Shown: one piece after another, positions 1-13,300 of the stretch
How positions within the stretch are numbered: the stretch's first letter is position 1
How the letters are laid out: every line of letters begins with the position of its first letter
Translations under genes and position numbers: made by a program
Notes under the pieces: model-generated
Database searches by the model: none
The model's input: the letters and a program-made list of their open reading frames with translations, nothing else
Told to the model about the DNA's origin: nothing
Origin: Eledone cirrhosa
Lineage: Eukaryota
Assembly: GCA_964016885.1 (NCBI GenBank)
Contig: OZ024764.1
Span: forward strand, 18,538,001-18,602,000
Length of the DNA: 64,000 nucleotides
Direction: 5' to 3'

Positions 1-649
1 ATATATGTGTCACAACAAAAAGTACCCAGTCCACCCTGTAAAGTGGTCATGTAGGTGTCACAACAAAAAGTACCCAGTCCACACTGTAAAGTGGTCAGGT
101 AGGTATCATGACAAAAAGTACCCAGTCCACACTGTAAAGTGGTCATGTAGGTATCATGACAAAAAGTACCCAGTCCACACTGTAAAGTGGTCATGTAGGT
201 GTCACAACAAAAAGTACCCAGTCCACCCTGTAAAGTGGTCATATAGGTGTCACAACAAAAAGTACCCAATCCACCCTGTAAAGTGGTCATGTATGTGTCA
301 CAACAAAAAGTACCCAGTCCACACTGTAAAGTGGTCATGTAGGTGTCACAACAAAAAGTACCCAGTCCACACTGTAATGTGGTCATGTAGGTGTCACAAC
401 AAAAAGTACTCAGTCCACACTGTAAAGTGGTCATGTAGGTGTCATAACAAAAAGTACCCAGTCCACACTGTAAAGTGCTTATGTAGGTGTCATAACCAAA
501 AGTACCCAGTCCACACTGTAAAGTGGTCATGTAGGTGTCACAACAAAAAGTACCCAGTCCACACTGTCAAGTGGTCATGTAGGTGTCACAACAAAAAGTA
601 CCTAGTCCACACTGTAAAGTGGTCATGTAGCTGTCACAACAAAAAGTAC

Positions 650-3600
650 CCAGTTCACACTGTAATGTGGTCATGCAGGTTTCACAACAAAAAGTACCCA
701 GTCCACACTGTAATGTGGTCATATAGGTGTCACAACAAAAAGTACCCAGTCCACACTGTAAAGTGGTCATGTAGGTGTCACAACAAAAAGTACCCAGTCC
801 ACACTGTAAAGTGGACATGTAGGTGTCATGACAAAAAGTACCCAGTCCACACTGTAAAGTGGTCATGTAGGTGTCACAACAAAAAGTACCCAGTCCACAC
901 TGTAAAGTGGTCATGTAGGTGTCACAACAAAAGGTACCCAGTCCACACTGTAAAGTGGTCATGTAGGTGTCACAACAAAAAGTACCCAGTCCACACTGTA
1001 AAGTGGTCATGTAGGTGTCACAACAAAAAGTACCCAGTCCACACTGTAAAGTGGTCATGTAGGTGTCACAACAAAATATACCCAGTCCACACTGTAAAGT
1101 GGTCATGTAGGTGTCACAACAAAAAGTACCCAGTCCACACTGTAAAGTGGTCATGTAGGTGTCACAACAAAAAGTACCCAGTCCACACTGTAAAGTGGTC
1201 ACGTAGGTGTCACAACAAAAAGTACCCAGTCCACACTGTAAAGTGGTCATGTAGGTGTAATAACAAAAAGTACCCAGTCCACACTGTAAAGTGGTCAGGT
1301 AGGTGTCACAACAAAAAGTACCCAGTCCACACTGTAAAGTGGTCATGTAGGTGTCACAACAAAAAGTACCCAGTCCACACTGTAAAGTGGTCAGGTAGTT
1401 ATCATGACAAAAGGTACCCAGTCCACACTGTAAAGTGGTCATGTAGGTATCATGACAAAAAGTACCCAGTCCACACTGTAAAGTGGTCATGTAGGTGTCA
1501 CAACAAACAACACCCAGTCCACACTGTAAAGTGGTCATGTAGGTGTCACGACAAAAAGTACCCAGTCCACCTCTGTAAAGTGGTCATGTAGGTTTCACAA
1601 CAAAAAGTACCCTGTCCACACTGTAATGTGGTCATGTAGGTGTCACAACAAACAGCACCCAGTCCACACTGTAAAGTGGTCATGTAAGTATCATGACAAA
1701 AAGTACCCAGTCCACCCTGTAAAGTGGTCATGTAGGTGTCACGACAAAAAGTACCCAGTCCACACTGTAAAGTGGTCATGTAGGTGTCACAACAAAAAGT
1801 ACCCAGTCTACCCTGTAAAGTGGTCATGTAGGTGTCACGACAAAAAGTATCCAGTCCACACTGTAAAGTGGTCGTGTAGGTGTCACAACAAAAAGTACCC
1901 AGTCCACACTGTAAAGTGGTCATGTAGGTGACACAACAAAAAGTACCCAGTCCACACTGCAAAGTGGTCATGTAGGTGTTACAACAAACAGAACCCAGTC
2001 CACACTGTAAAGTGGTCATGTAGGTGTCACGACAAAAAGTACCCAGTCCACACTGTAAAGTGGTCATGTAGGTGTCACGACAAAAAGTACCCAGTCCACA
2101 CTGTAAAGTGGTCATGTAGGTGTCACAACAAACAGCACCCATTCCACACTGTAAAGTGGTCATGTAGGTGTCAAAACCAAAAGTAACTAGTCCACACTGT
2201 AAAGTGGTCATGTAGGTATCACAACAAAAAGTACCCAGTCCACACTGTAATGTGGTCATGTAGGTGTCACAAGAAAAAGTACTCAGTCCACACTGTAAAG
2301 TGGTCATGTAGGTGTCATAACAAAAAGTGCCCAGTCCACACTGTAAAGTGGTTATGTAGGTGTCATAACCAAAAGTACCCAGTCTACACTGTAAAGTGGT
2401 CATGTAGGTGTCACAACAAAAAGTACCCAGTCCACACTGTCAAGTGGTCATGTAGGTGTCACAACAAAAAGTACCTAGTCCACACTGTAAAGTGGTCATG
2501 TAGCTGTCACAACAAAAAGTACCCAGTCCACACTGTAATGTGGTCATGCAGGTTTCACAACAAAAAGTACCCAGTCCACACTGTAATGTGGTCATATAGG
2601 TGTCACAACAAAAAGTACCCAGTCCACACTGTAAAGTGGTCATGTAGGTGTCACAACAAAAAGTACCCAGTCCACACTGTAAAGTGGACATGTAGGTGTC
2701 ATGACAAAAAGTACCCAGTCCACATTGTAAAGTGGTCATGTAGGTGTCACAACAAATGTACCCAGTCCACACTGTAAAGTGGTCATGTAGGTGTCACAAC
2801 AAAATATACCCAGTCCACACTGTAAAGTGGTCATGTAGGTGTCACAACAAAAAGTACCCAGTCCACACTGTAAAGTGGTCATGTAGGTGTCACGACAAAA
2901 AGTACCCAGTCCACCCTGTAAAGTGGTCATATAGGTGTCACAACAAAAAGTACCCAGTCCACACTGTAAAGTTGTAAAGTGGTCATGTAGGTGTCACAAC
3001 AAAAAGTACCCAGTCCACACTGTAATGTGGTCATGCAGGTTTCACACCAAAAAGTACCCAGTCCACACTGTAATGTGGTCATATAGGTGTCACAACAAAA
3101 AGTACCCAGTCCACACTGTAAAGTGGTCATGTAGGTGTCACAACAAAAAGTACCCAGTCCACACTGTAAAGTGGACATGTAGGTGTCATGACAAAAAGTA
3201 CCCAGTCCACACTGTAAAGTGGTCATGTAGGTGTCACAACAAAAAGTACCCAGTCCACACTGTAAAGTGGTCATGTAGGTGTCACAACAAAAAGTACCCA
3301 GTCCACATTGTAAAGTGGTCATGTAGGTGTCACAACAAAAAGTACCCAGTCCACACTGTAAAGTGGTCATGTAGGTGTCACAACAAAAAGTACCCAGTCC
3401 ACACTGTAAAGTGGTCATGTAGGTGTCACAACAAAATATACCCAGTCCACACTGTAAAGTGGTCATGTAGGTGTCACAACAAAAAGTACCCAGTCCACAC
3501 TGTAAAGTGGTCATGTAGGTGTCACAACAAAAAGTACCCAGTCCACACTGTAAAGTGGTCACGTAGGTGTCACAACAAAAAGTACCCAGTCCACACTGTA

Positions 3601-4370
3601 AAGTGGTCATGTAGGTGTCATAACAAAAAGTACCCAGTCCACACTGTAAAGTGGTCAGGTAGGTGTCACAACAAAAAGTACCCAGTCCACACTGTAAAGT
3701 GGTCATGTAGGTGTCACAACAAAAAGTACCCAGTCCACACTGTAAAGTGGTCAGGTAGGTATCATGACAAAAGGTACCCAGTCCACACTGTAAAGTGGTC
3801 ATGTAGGTATCATGACAAAAAGTACCCAGTCCACACTGTAAAGTGGTCATGTAGGTGTCACAACAAACAACACCCAGTCGACACTGTAAAGTGGTCATGT
3901 AGGTGTCACGACAAAAAGTACCCAGTCCACCTCTGTAAAGTGGTCATGTAGGTTTCACAACAAAAAGTACCCAGTCCACACTGTAATGTGGTCATGTAGG
4001 TGTCACAACAAACAGCACCCAGTCCACACTGTAAAGTGGTCATGTAGGTATCATGACAAAAAGTACCCAGTCCACCCTGTAAAGTGGTCATGTAGGTGTC
4101 ACGACAAAAAGTACCCAGTCCACACTGTAAAGTGGTCATGTAGGTGTCACAACAAAAAGTACCCAGTCTACCCTGTAAAGTGGTCATGTAGGTGTCACGA
4201 CAAAAAGTATCCAGTCCACACTGTAAAGTGGTCGTGTAGGTGTCACAACAAAAAGTACCCAGTCCACACTGTAAAGTGGTCATGTAGGTGTCACAACAAA
4301 AAGTACCCAGTCCACACTGCAAAGTGGTCATGTAGGTATTACAACAAACAGAACCCAGTCCACACTGTAA
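650..4370. repeat. Block duplication, offset 2,360 bp (~650-2010 repeated at ~3010-4370)
   Basis: Same order of variant monomers. ORF boundaries pair as 1591/3951, 1546/3906 and 1626/3986. Confidence 0.75.
2965..2980. repeat. 8-bp direct duplication TGTAAAGT-TGTAAAGT making a 56-bp monomer (also at 24345, 27281, 32281, 36944, 43095, 48287, 49831)
   Basis: Read directly as CACACTGTAAAGTTGTAAAGTGGTC. Always preceded by the same variants (CACGAC...CACCCTG...CATATAG). Confidence 0.95.
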
Positions 4371-7300
4371 AGTGGTCATGTAGGTGTCACAAAAAAAGTA
4401 CCCAGTCCACCCTGTAAGGTGGTCATATATGTGTCACAACAAAAAGTACCCAGTCCACCCTGTAAAGTGGTCATGTAGGTGTCACAACAAAAAGTACCCA
4501 GTCCACACTGGAAAGTGGTCATGTATGTGTCACAACAAAAAGTACCCAGTCCACACTGTAAAGTGGTCATGTAGGTGTCACAACAAAAAGTACCCAGTCC
4601 ACACTGTAAAGTGGTCATGTAGGTGTCACAAGAAAAAGTACTCAGTCCACACTGTAAAGTGGTCATGTAGGTGTCATAACAAAAAGTGCCCAGTCCACAC
4701 TGTAAAGTGGTCATGTAGGTGTCACAACAAAAAGTACCCAGTCCACCCTGTAAAGTGGTCATATAGGTGTCACAACAAAAAGTACCCAATCCACCCTGTA
4801 AAGTGGTCATGTATGTGTCACAACAAAAAGTACCCAGTCCACACTGTAAAGTGGTCATGTAGGTGTCACAACAAAAAGTACCCAGTCCACACTGTAATGT
4901 GGTCATGTAGGTGTCACAACAAAAAGTACTCACCACACTGTAAAGTGGTCATGTAGGTGTCATAACAAAAAGTACCCAGTCCACACTGTAAAGTGCTTAT
5001 GTAGGTGTCATAACCAAAAGTACCCAGTCCACACTGTAAAGTGGTCATGTAGGTGTCACAACAAAAAGTACCCAGTCCACACTGTCAAGTGGTCATGTAG
5101 GTGTCACAACAAAAAGTACCTAGTCCACACTGTAAAGTGGTCATGTAGCTGTCACAACAAAAAGTACCCAGTCCACACTGTAATGTGGTCATGCAGGTTT
5201 CACAACAAAAAGTACCCAGTCCACACTGTAATGTGGTCATATAGGTGTCACAACAAAAAGTACCCAGTCCACACTGTAAAGTGGTCATGTAGGTGTCACG
5301 ACAAAAAGTACCCAGTCCACACTGTAAAGTGGACATGTAGGTGTCATGACAAAAAGTACCCAGTCCACACTGTAAAGTGGTCATGTAGGTGTCACAACAA
5401 AAAGTACCCAGTCCACACTGTAAAGTGGTCATGTAGGTGTCACAACAAAAAGTACCCAGTCCACACTGTAAAGTGGTCATGTAGGTGTCACAACAAAAAG
5501 TACCCAGTCCACACTGTAAAGTGGTCATGTAGGTGTCACAACAAAAAGTACCCAGTCCACACTGTAAAGTGGTCATGTAGGTGTCACAACAAAATATACC
5601 CAGTCCACACTGTAAAGTGGTCATGTAGGTGTCACAACAAAAGGGAACCCAGTCCACACTGTAAAGTGGTCATGTAGGTGTCACAACAAAAAGTACCCAG
5701 TCCACACTGTAAAGTGGTCACGTAGGTGTCACAACAAAAAGTACCCAGTCCACACTGTAAAGTGGTCATGTAGGTGTAATAAGAAAAAGTACCCAGTCCA
5801 CACTGTAAAGTGGTCAGGTAGGTGTCACAACAAAAAGTACCCAGTCCACACTGTAAAGTGGTCATGTAGGTGTCACAACAAAAAGTACCCAGTCCACACT
5901 GTAAAGTGGTCAGGTAGTTATCATGACAAAAGGTACCCAGTCCACACTGTAAAGTGGTCATGTAGGTATCATGACAAAAAGTACCCAGTCCACACTGTAA
6001 AGTGGTCATGTAGGTGTCACAACAAACAACACCCAGTCCACACTGTAAAGTGGTCATGTAGGTGTCACAACAAAAAACACCCAGTCCACACTGTAAAGTG
6101 GTCATGTAGGTGTCACGACAAAAAGTATCCAGTCCACCTCTGTAAAGTGGTCATGTAGGTTTCACAACAAAAAGTACCCAGTCCACACTGTAAAGTGGTC
6201 ATGTAGGTGTCACAACAAAATATACCCAGTCCACACTGTAAAGTGGTCATGTAGGTGTCATAACAAAAAGTACCCAGTCCACACTGTAAAGTGCTTATGT
6301 AGGTGTCATAACCAAAAGTACCCAGTCCACACTGTAAAGTGGTCATGTAGGTGTCACAACAAAAAGTACCCAGTCCACACTGTCAAGTGGTCATGTAGGT
6401 GTCACAACAAAAAGTACCTAGTCCACACTGTAAAGTGGTCATGTAGCTGTCACAACAAAAAGTACCCAGTCCACACTGTAATGTGGTCATGCAGGTTTCA
6501 CAACAAAAAGTACCCAGTCCACACTGTAATGTGGTCATATAGGTGTCACAACAAAAAGTACCCAGTCCACACTGTAAAGTGGTCAAGTAGGTGTCACAAC
6601 AAAAAGTACCCAGTCCACACTGTAAAGTGGACATGTAGGTGTCATGACAAAAAGTACCCAGTCCACACTGTAAAGTGGTCATGTAGGTGTCACAACAAAA
6701 AGTACCCAGTCCACACTGTAAAGTGGTCATGTAGGTGTCACAACAAAAAGTACCCAGTCCACACTGTAAAGTGGTCATGTAGGTGTCACAACAAAAAGTA
6801 CCCAGTCCACACTGTAAAGTGGTCATGTAGGTGTCACAACAAAAAGTACCCAGTCCACACTGTAAAGTGGTCATGTAGGTGTCACAACAAAATATACCCA
6901 GTCCACACTGTAAAGTGGTCATGTAGGTGTCACAACAAAAAGTACCCAGTCCACACTGTAAAGTGGTCATGTAGGTGTCACAACAAAAAGTTCCCAGTCC
7001 ACACTGTAAAGTGGTCACGTAGGTGTCACAACAAAAAGTACCCAGTCCACACTGTAAAGTGGTCATGTAGGTGTAATAACAAAAAGTACCCAGTCCACAC
7101 TGTAAAGTGGTCAGGTAGGTGTCACAACAAAAAGTACCCAGTCCACACTGTAAAGTGGTCATGTAGGTGTCACAACAAAAAGTACCCAGTCCACACTGTA
7201 AAGTGGTCAGGTAGTTATCATCACAAAAGGTACCCAGTCCACACTGTAAAGTGGTCATGTAGGTATCATGACAAAAAGTACCCAGTCCACACTGTAAAGT

Positions 7301-10300
7301 GGTCATGTAGGTGTCACAACAAACAACACCCAGTCCACACTGTGAAGTGGTCATGTAGGTGTCACGAGAAAAGGTACCCAGTCCACCTCTGTAAAGTGGT
7401 CATGTAGGTTTCACAACAAAAAGTACCCAGTCCACACTGTAATGTGGTCATGTAGGTGTCACAACAAACAGCACCCAGTCCACACTGTAAAGTGGTCATG
7501 TAGGTATCATGACAAAAAGTACCCAGTCCACCCTGTAAAGTGGTCATGTAGGTGTCACGACAAAAAGTACCCAGTCCACACTGTAAAGTGGTCATGTAGG
7601 TGTCACAACAAAAAGCACCCAGTCTACCCTGTAAAGTGGTCATGTAGGTGTCACGACAAAAAGTATCCAGTCCACACTGTAAAGTGGTCATGTAGGTGTC
7701 ACGACAAAAAGTACCCAGTCCACACTGTAAAGTGGTCATGTAGGTGTCACGACAAAAAGTACCCAGTCCACACTGTAAAGTGGTCATGTAGGTGTCACAA
7801 CAAACAGCACCCATTCCACACTGTAAAGTGGTCATGTAGGTGTCAAAACAAAAAGTAACTAGTCCACACTGTAAAGTGGTCATGTAGGTGTCACAACAAA
7901 AAGTACCCAGTCCACACTGTAATGTGGTCATGTAGGTGTCACAACAATAAGTACACAGTCCACCCTGTAAAGTGGTCATATAGGTGTCACAACAAAAAGT
8001 ACCCAATCCACCCTGTAAAGTGGTCATGTATGTGTCACAACAAAAAGTACCCAGTCCACACTGTAAAGTGGTCATGTAGGTGTCACAACAAAAAGTACCC
8101 AGTCCACACTGTAATGTGGTCATGTAGGTGTCACAACAAAAAGTACTCAGTCCACACTGTAAAGTGGTCATGTAGGTGTCATAACAAAAAGTACCCAGTC
8201 CACACTGTAAAGTGCTTATGTAGGTGTCATAACCAAAAGTACCCAGTCCACACTGTAAAGTGGTCATGTAGGTGTCACAACAAAAAGTACCCAGTCCACA
8301 CTGTCAAGTGGTCATGTAGGTGTCACAACAAAAAGTACCTAGTCCACACTGTAAAGTGGTCATGTAGCTGTCACAACAAAAAGTACCCAGTCCACACTGT
8401 AATGTGGTCATGCAGGTTTCACAACAAAAAGTACCCAGTCCACACTGTAATGTGGTCATATAGGTGTCACAACAAAAAGTACCCAGTCCACACTGTAAAG
8501 TGGTCATGTAGGTGTCACAACAAAAAGTACCCAGTCCACACTGTAAAGTGGACATGTAGGTGTCATGACAAAAAGTACCCAGTCCACACTGTAAAGTGGT
8601 CATGTAGGTGTCACAACAAAAAGTACCCAGTCCACACTGTAAAGTGGTCATGTAGGTGTCACAACAAAAAGTACCCAGTCCACACTGTAAAGTGGTCATG
8701 TAGGTGTCACAACAAAAAGTACCCAGTCCACACTGTAAAGTGGTCATGTAGGTGTCACAACAAAAAGTACCCAGTCCACACTGTAAAGTGGTCATGTAGG
8801 TGTCACAACAAAATATACCCAGTCCACACTGTAAAGTGGTCATGTAGGTATCATGACAAAAAGTACCCAGTCCACACTGTAAAGTGGTCATGTAGGTGTC
8901 ACAACAAACAACACCCAGTCCACACTGTAAAGTGGTCATGTAGGTGTCACAACAAAAAACACCCAGTCCACACTGTAAAGTGGTCATGTAGGTGTCACGA
9001 CAAAAAGTATCCAGTCCACCTCTGTAAAGTGGTCATGTAGGTTTCACAACAAAAAGTACCCAGTCCACACTGTAAAGTGGTCATGTAGGTGTCACAACAA
9101 AAAGTACCCAGTCCACACTGCAAAGTGGTCATGTAGGTATTACAACAAACAGAACCCAGTCCACACTGTAAAGTGGTCATGTAGGTGTCACAAAAAAAGT
9201 ACCCAGTCCACCCTGTAAGGTGGTCATATATGTGTCACAACAAAAAGTACCCAGTCCACCCTGTAAAGTGGTCATGTAGGTGTCACAACAAAAAGTACCC
9301 AGTCCACACTGGAAAGTGGTCATGTATGTGTCACAACAAAAAGTACCCAGTCCACACTGTAAAGTGGTCATGTAGGTGTCACAACAAAAAGTACCCAGTC
9401 CACACTGTAAAGTTGTCATGTAGGTGTCACAAGAAAAAGTACTCAGTCCACACTGTAAAGTGGTCATGTAGGTGTCATAACAAAAAGTGCCCAGTCCACA
9501 CTGTAAAGTGGTCATGTAGGTGTCACAACAAAAAGTACCCAGTCCACCCTGTAAAGTGGTCATATAGGTGTCACAACAAAAAGTACCCAATCCACCCTGT
9601 AAAGTGGTCATGTATGTGTCACAACAAAAAGTACCCAGTCCACACTGTAAAGTGGTCATGTAGGTGTCACAACAAAAAGTACCCAGTCCACACTGTAATG
9701 TGGTCATGTAGGTGTCACAACAAAAAGTACTCACCACACTGTAAAGTGGTCATGTAGGTGTCATAACAAAAAGTACCCAGTCCACACTGTAAAGTGCTTA
9801 TGTAGGTGTCATAACCAAAAGTACCCAGTCCACACTGTAAAGTGGTCATGTAGGTGTCACAACAAAAAGTACCCAGTCCACACTGTCAAGTGGTCATGTA
9901 GGTGTCACAACAAAAAGTACCTAGTCCACACTGTAAAGTGGTCATGTAGCTGTCACAACAAAAAGTACCCAGTCCACACTGTAATGTGGTCATGCAGGTT
10001 TCACAACAAAAAGTACCCAGTCCACACTGTAATGTGGTCATATAGGTGTCACAACAAAAAGTACCCAGTCCACACTGTAAAGTGGTCATGTAGGTGTCAC
10101 GACAAAAAGTACCCAGTCCACACTGTAAAGTGGACATGTAGGTGTCATGACAAAAAGTACCCAGTCCACACTGTAAAGTGGTCATGTAGGTGTCACAACA
10201 AAAAGTACCCAGTCCACACTGTAAAGTGGTCATGTAGGTGTCACAACAAAAAGTACCCAGTCCACACTGTAAAGTGGTCATGTAGGTGTCACAACAAAAA

Positions 10301-13300
10301 GTACCCAGTCCACACTGTAAAGTGGTCATGTAGGTGTCACAACAAAAAGTACCCAGTCCACACTGTAAAGTGGTCATGTAGGTGTCACAACAAAATATAC
10401 CCAGTCCACACTGTAAAGTGGTCATGTAGGTGTCACAACAAAAGGGAACCCAGTCCACACTGTAAAGTGGTCATGTAGGTGTCACAACAAAAAGTACCCA
10501 GTCCACACTGTAAAGTGGTCACGTAGGTGTCACAACAAAAAGTACCCAGTCCACACTGTAAAGTGGTCATGTAGGTGTAATAACAAAAAGTACCCAGTCC
10601 ACACTGTAAAGTGGTCAGGTAGGTGTCACAACAAAAAGTACCCAGTCCACACTGTAAAGTGGTCATGTAGGTGTCACAACAAAAAGTACCCAGTCCACAC
10701 TGTAAAGTGGTCAGGTAGTTATCATGACAAAAGGTACCCAGTCCACACTGTAAAGTGGTCATGTAGGTATCATGACAAAAAGTACCCAGTCCACACTGTA
10801 AAGTGGTCATGTAGGTGTCACAACAAACAACACCCAGTCCACACTGTAAAGTGGTCATGTAGGTGTCACAACAAAAAACACCCAGTCCACACTGTAAAGT
10901 GGTCATGTAGGTGTCACGACAAAAAGTATCCAGTCCACCTCTGTAAAGTGGTCATGTAGGTTTCACAACAAAAAGTACCCAGTCCACACTGTAAAGTGGT
11001 CATGTAGGTGTCACAACAAAATATACCCAGTCCACACTGTAAAGTGGTCATGTAGGTGTCATAACAAAAAGTACCCAGTCCACACTGTAAAGTGCTTATG
11101 TAGGTGTCATAACCAAAAGTACCCAGTCCACACTGTAAAGTGGTCATGTAGGTGTCACAACAAAAAGTACCCAGTCCACACTGTCAAGTGGTCATGTAGG
11201 TGTCACAACAAAAAGTACCTAGTCCACACTGTAAAGTGGTCATGTAGCTGTCACAACAAAAAGTACCCAGTCCACACTGTAATGTGGTCATGCAGGTTTC
11301 ACAACAAAAAGTACCCAGTCCACACTGTAATGTGGTCATATAGGTGTCACAACAAAAAGTACCCAGTCCACACTGTAAAGTGGTCATGTAGGTGTCACAA
11401 CAAAAAGTACCCAGTCCACACTGTAAAGTGGACATGTAGGTGTCATGACAAAAAGTACCCAGTCCACACTGTAAAGTGGTCATGTAGGTGTCACAACAAA
11501 AAGTACCCAGTCCACACTGTAAAGTGGTCATGTAGGTGTCACAACAAAAAGTACCCAGTCCACACTGTAAAGTGGTCATGTAGGTGTCACAACAAAAAGT
11601 ACCCAGTCCACACTGTAAAGTGGTCATGTAGGTGTCACAACAAAAAGTACCCAGTCCACACTGTAAAGTGGTCATGTAGGTGTCACAACAAAATATACCC
11701 AGTCCACACTGTAAAGTGGTCATGTAGGTGTCACAACAAAAAGTACCCAGTCCACACTGTAAAGTGGTCATGTAGGTGTCACAACAAAAAGTTCCCAGTC
11801 CACACTGTAAAGTGGTCACGTAGGTGTCACAACAAAAAGTACCCAGTCCACACTGTAAAGTGGTCATGTAGGTGTAATAACAAAAAGTACCCAGTCCACA
11901 CTGTAAAGTGGTCAGGTAGGTGTCACAACAAAAAGTACCCAGTCCACACTGTAAAGTGGTCATGTAGGTGTCACAACAAAAAGTACCCAGTCCACACTGT
12001 AAAGTGGTCAGGTAGTTATCATCACAAAAGGTACCCAGTCCACACTGTAAAGTGGTCATGTAGGTATCATGACAAAAAGTACCCAGTCCACACTGTAAAG
12101 TGGTCATGTAGAAGTCACAACAAACAACACCCAGTCCACACTGTGAAGTGGTCATGTAGGTGTCACGAGAAAAGGTACCCAGTCCACCTCTGTAAAGTGG
12201 TCATGTAGGTTTCACAACTAAAAGTACCCAGTCCACACTGTAATGTGGTCATGTAGGTGTCACAACAAACAGCACCCAGTCCACACTGTAAAGTGGTCAT
12301 GTAGGTATCATGACAAAAAGTACCCAGTCCACCCTGTAAAGTGGTCATGTAGGTGTCACGACAAAAAGTACCCAGTCCACACTGTAAAGTGGTCATGTAG
12401 GTGTCACAACAAAAAGCACCCAGTCTACCCTGTAAAGTGGTCATGTAGGTGTCACGACAAAAAGTATCCAGTCCACACTGTAAAGTGGTCATGTAGGTGT
12501 CACGACAAAAAGTACCCAGTCCACACTGTAAAGTGGTCATGTAGGTGTCACGACAAAAAGTACCCAGTCCACACTGTAAAGTGGTCATGTAGGTGTCACA
12601 ACAAACAGCACCCATTCCACACTGTAAAGTGGTCATGTAGGTGTCAAAACAAAAAGTAACTAGTCCACACTGTAAAGTGGTCATGTAGGTGTCACAACAA
12701 AAAGTACCCAGTCCACACTGTAATGTGGTCATGTAGGTGTCACAACAAAAAGTACACAGTCCACCCTGTAAAGTGGTCATATAGGTGTCACAACAAAAAG
12801 TACCCAATCCACCCTGTAAAGTGGTCATGTATGTGTCACAACAAAAAGTACCCAGTCCACACTGTAAAGTGGTCATGTAGGTGTCACAACAAAAAGTACC
12901 CAGTCCACACTGTAATGTGGTCATGTAGGTGTCACAACAAAAAGTACTCAGTCCACACTGTAAAGTGGTCATGTAGGTGTCATAACAAAAAGTACCCAGT
13001 CCACACTGTAAAGTGCTTATGTAGGTGTCATAACCAAAAGTACCCAGTCCACACTGTAAAGTGGTCATGTAGGTGTCACAACAAAAAGTACCCAGTCCAC
13101 ACTGTCAAGTGGTCATGTAGGTGTCACAACAAAAAGTACCTAGTCCACACTGTAAAGTGGTCATGTAGCTGTCACAACAAAAAGTACCCAGTCCACACTG
13201 TAATGTGGTCATGCAGGTTTCACAACAAAAAGTACCCAGTCCACACTGTAATGTGGTCATATAGGTGTCACAACAAAAAGTACCCAGTCCACACTGTAAA

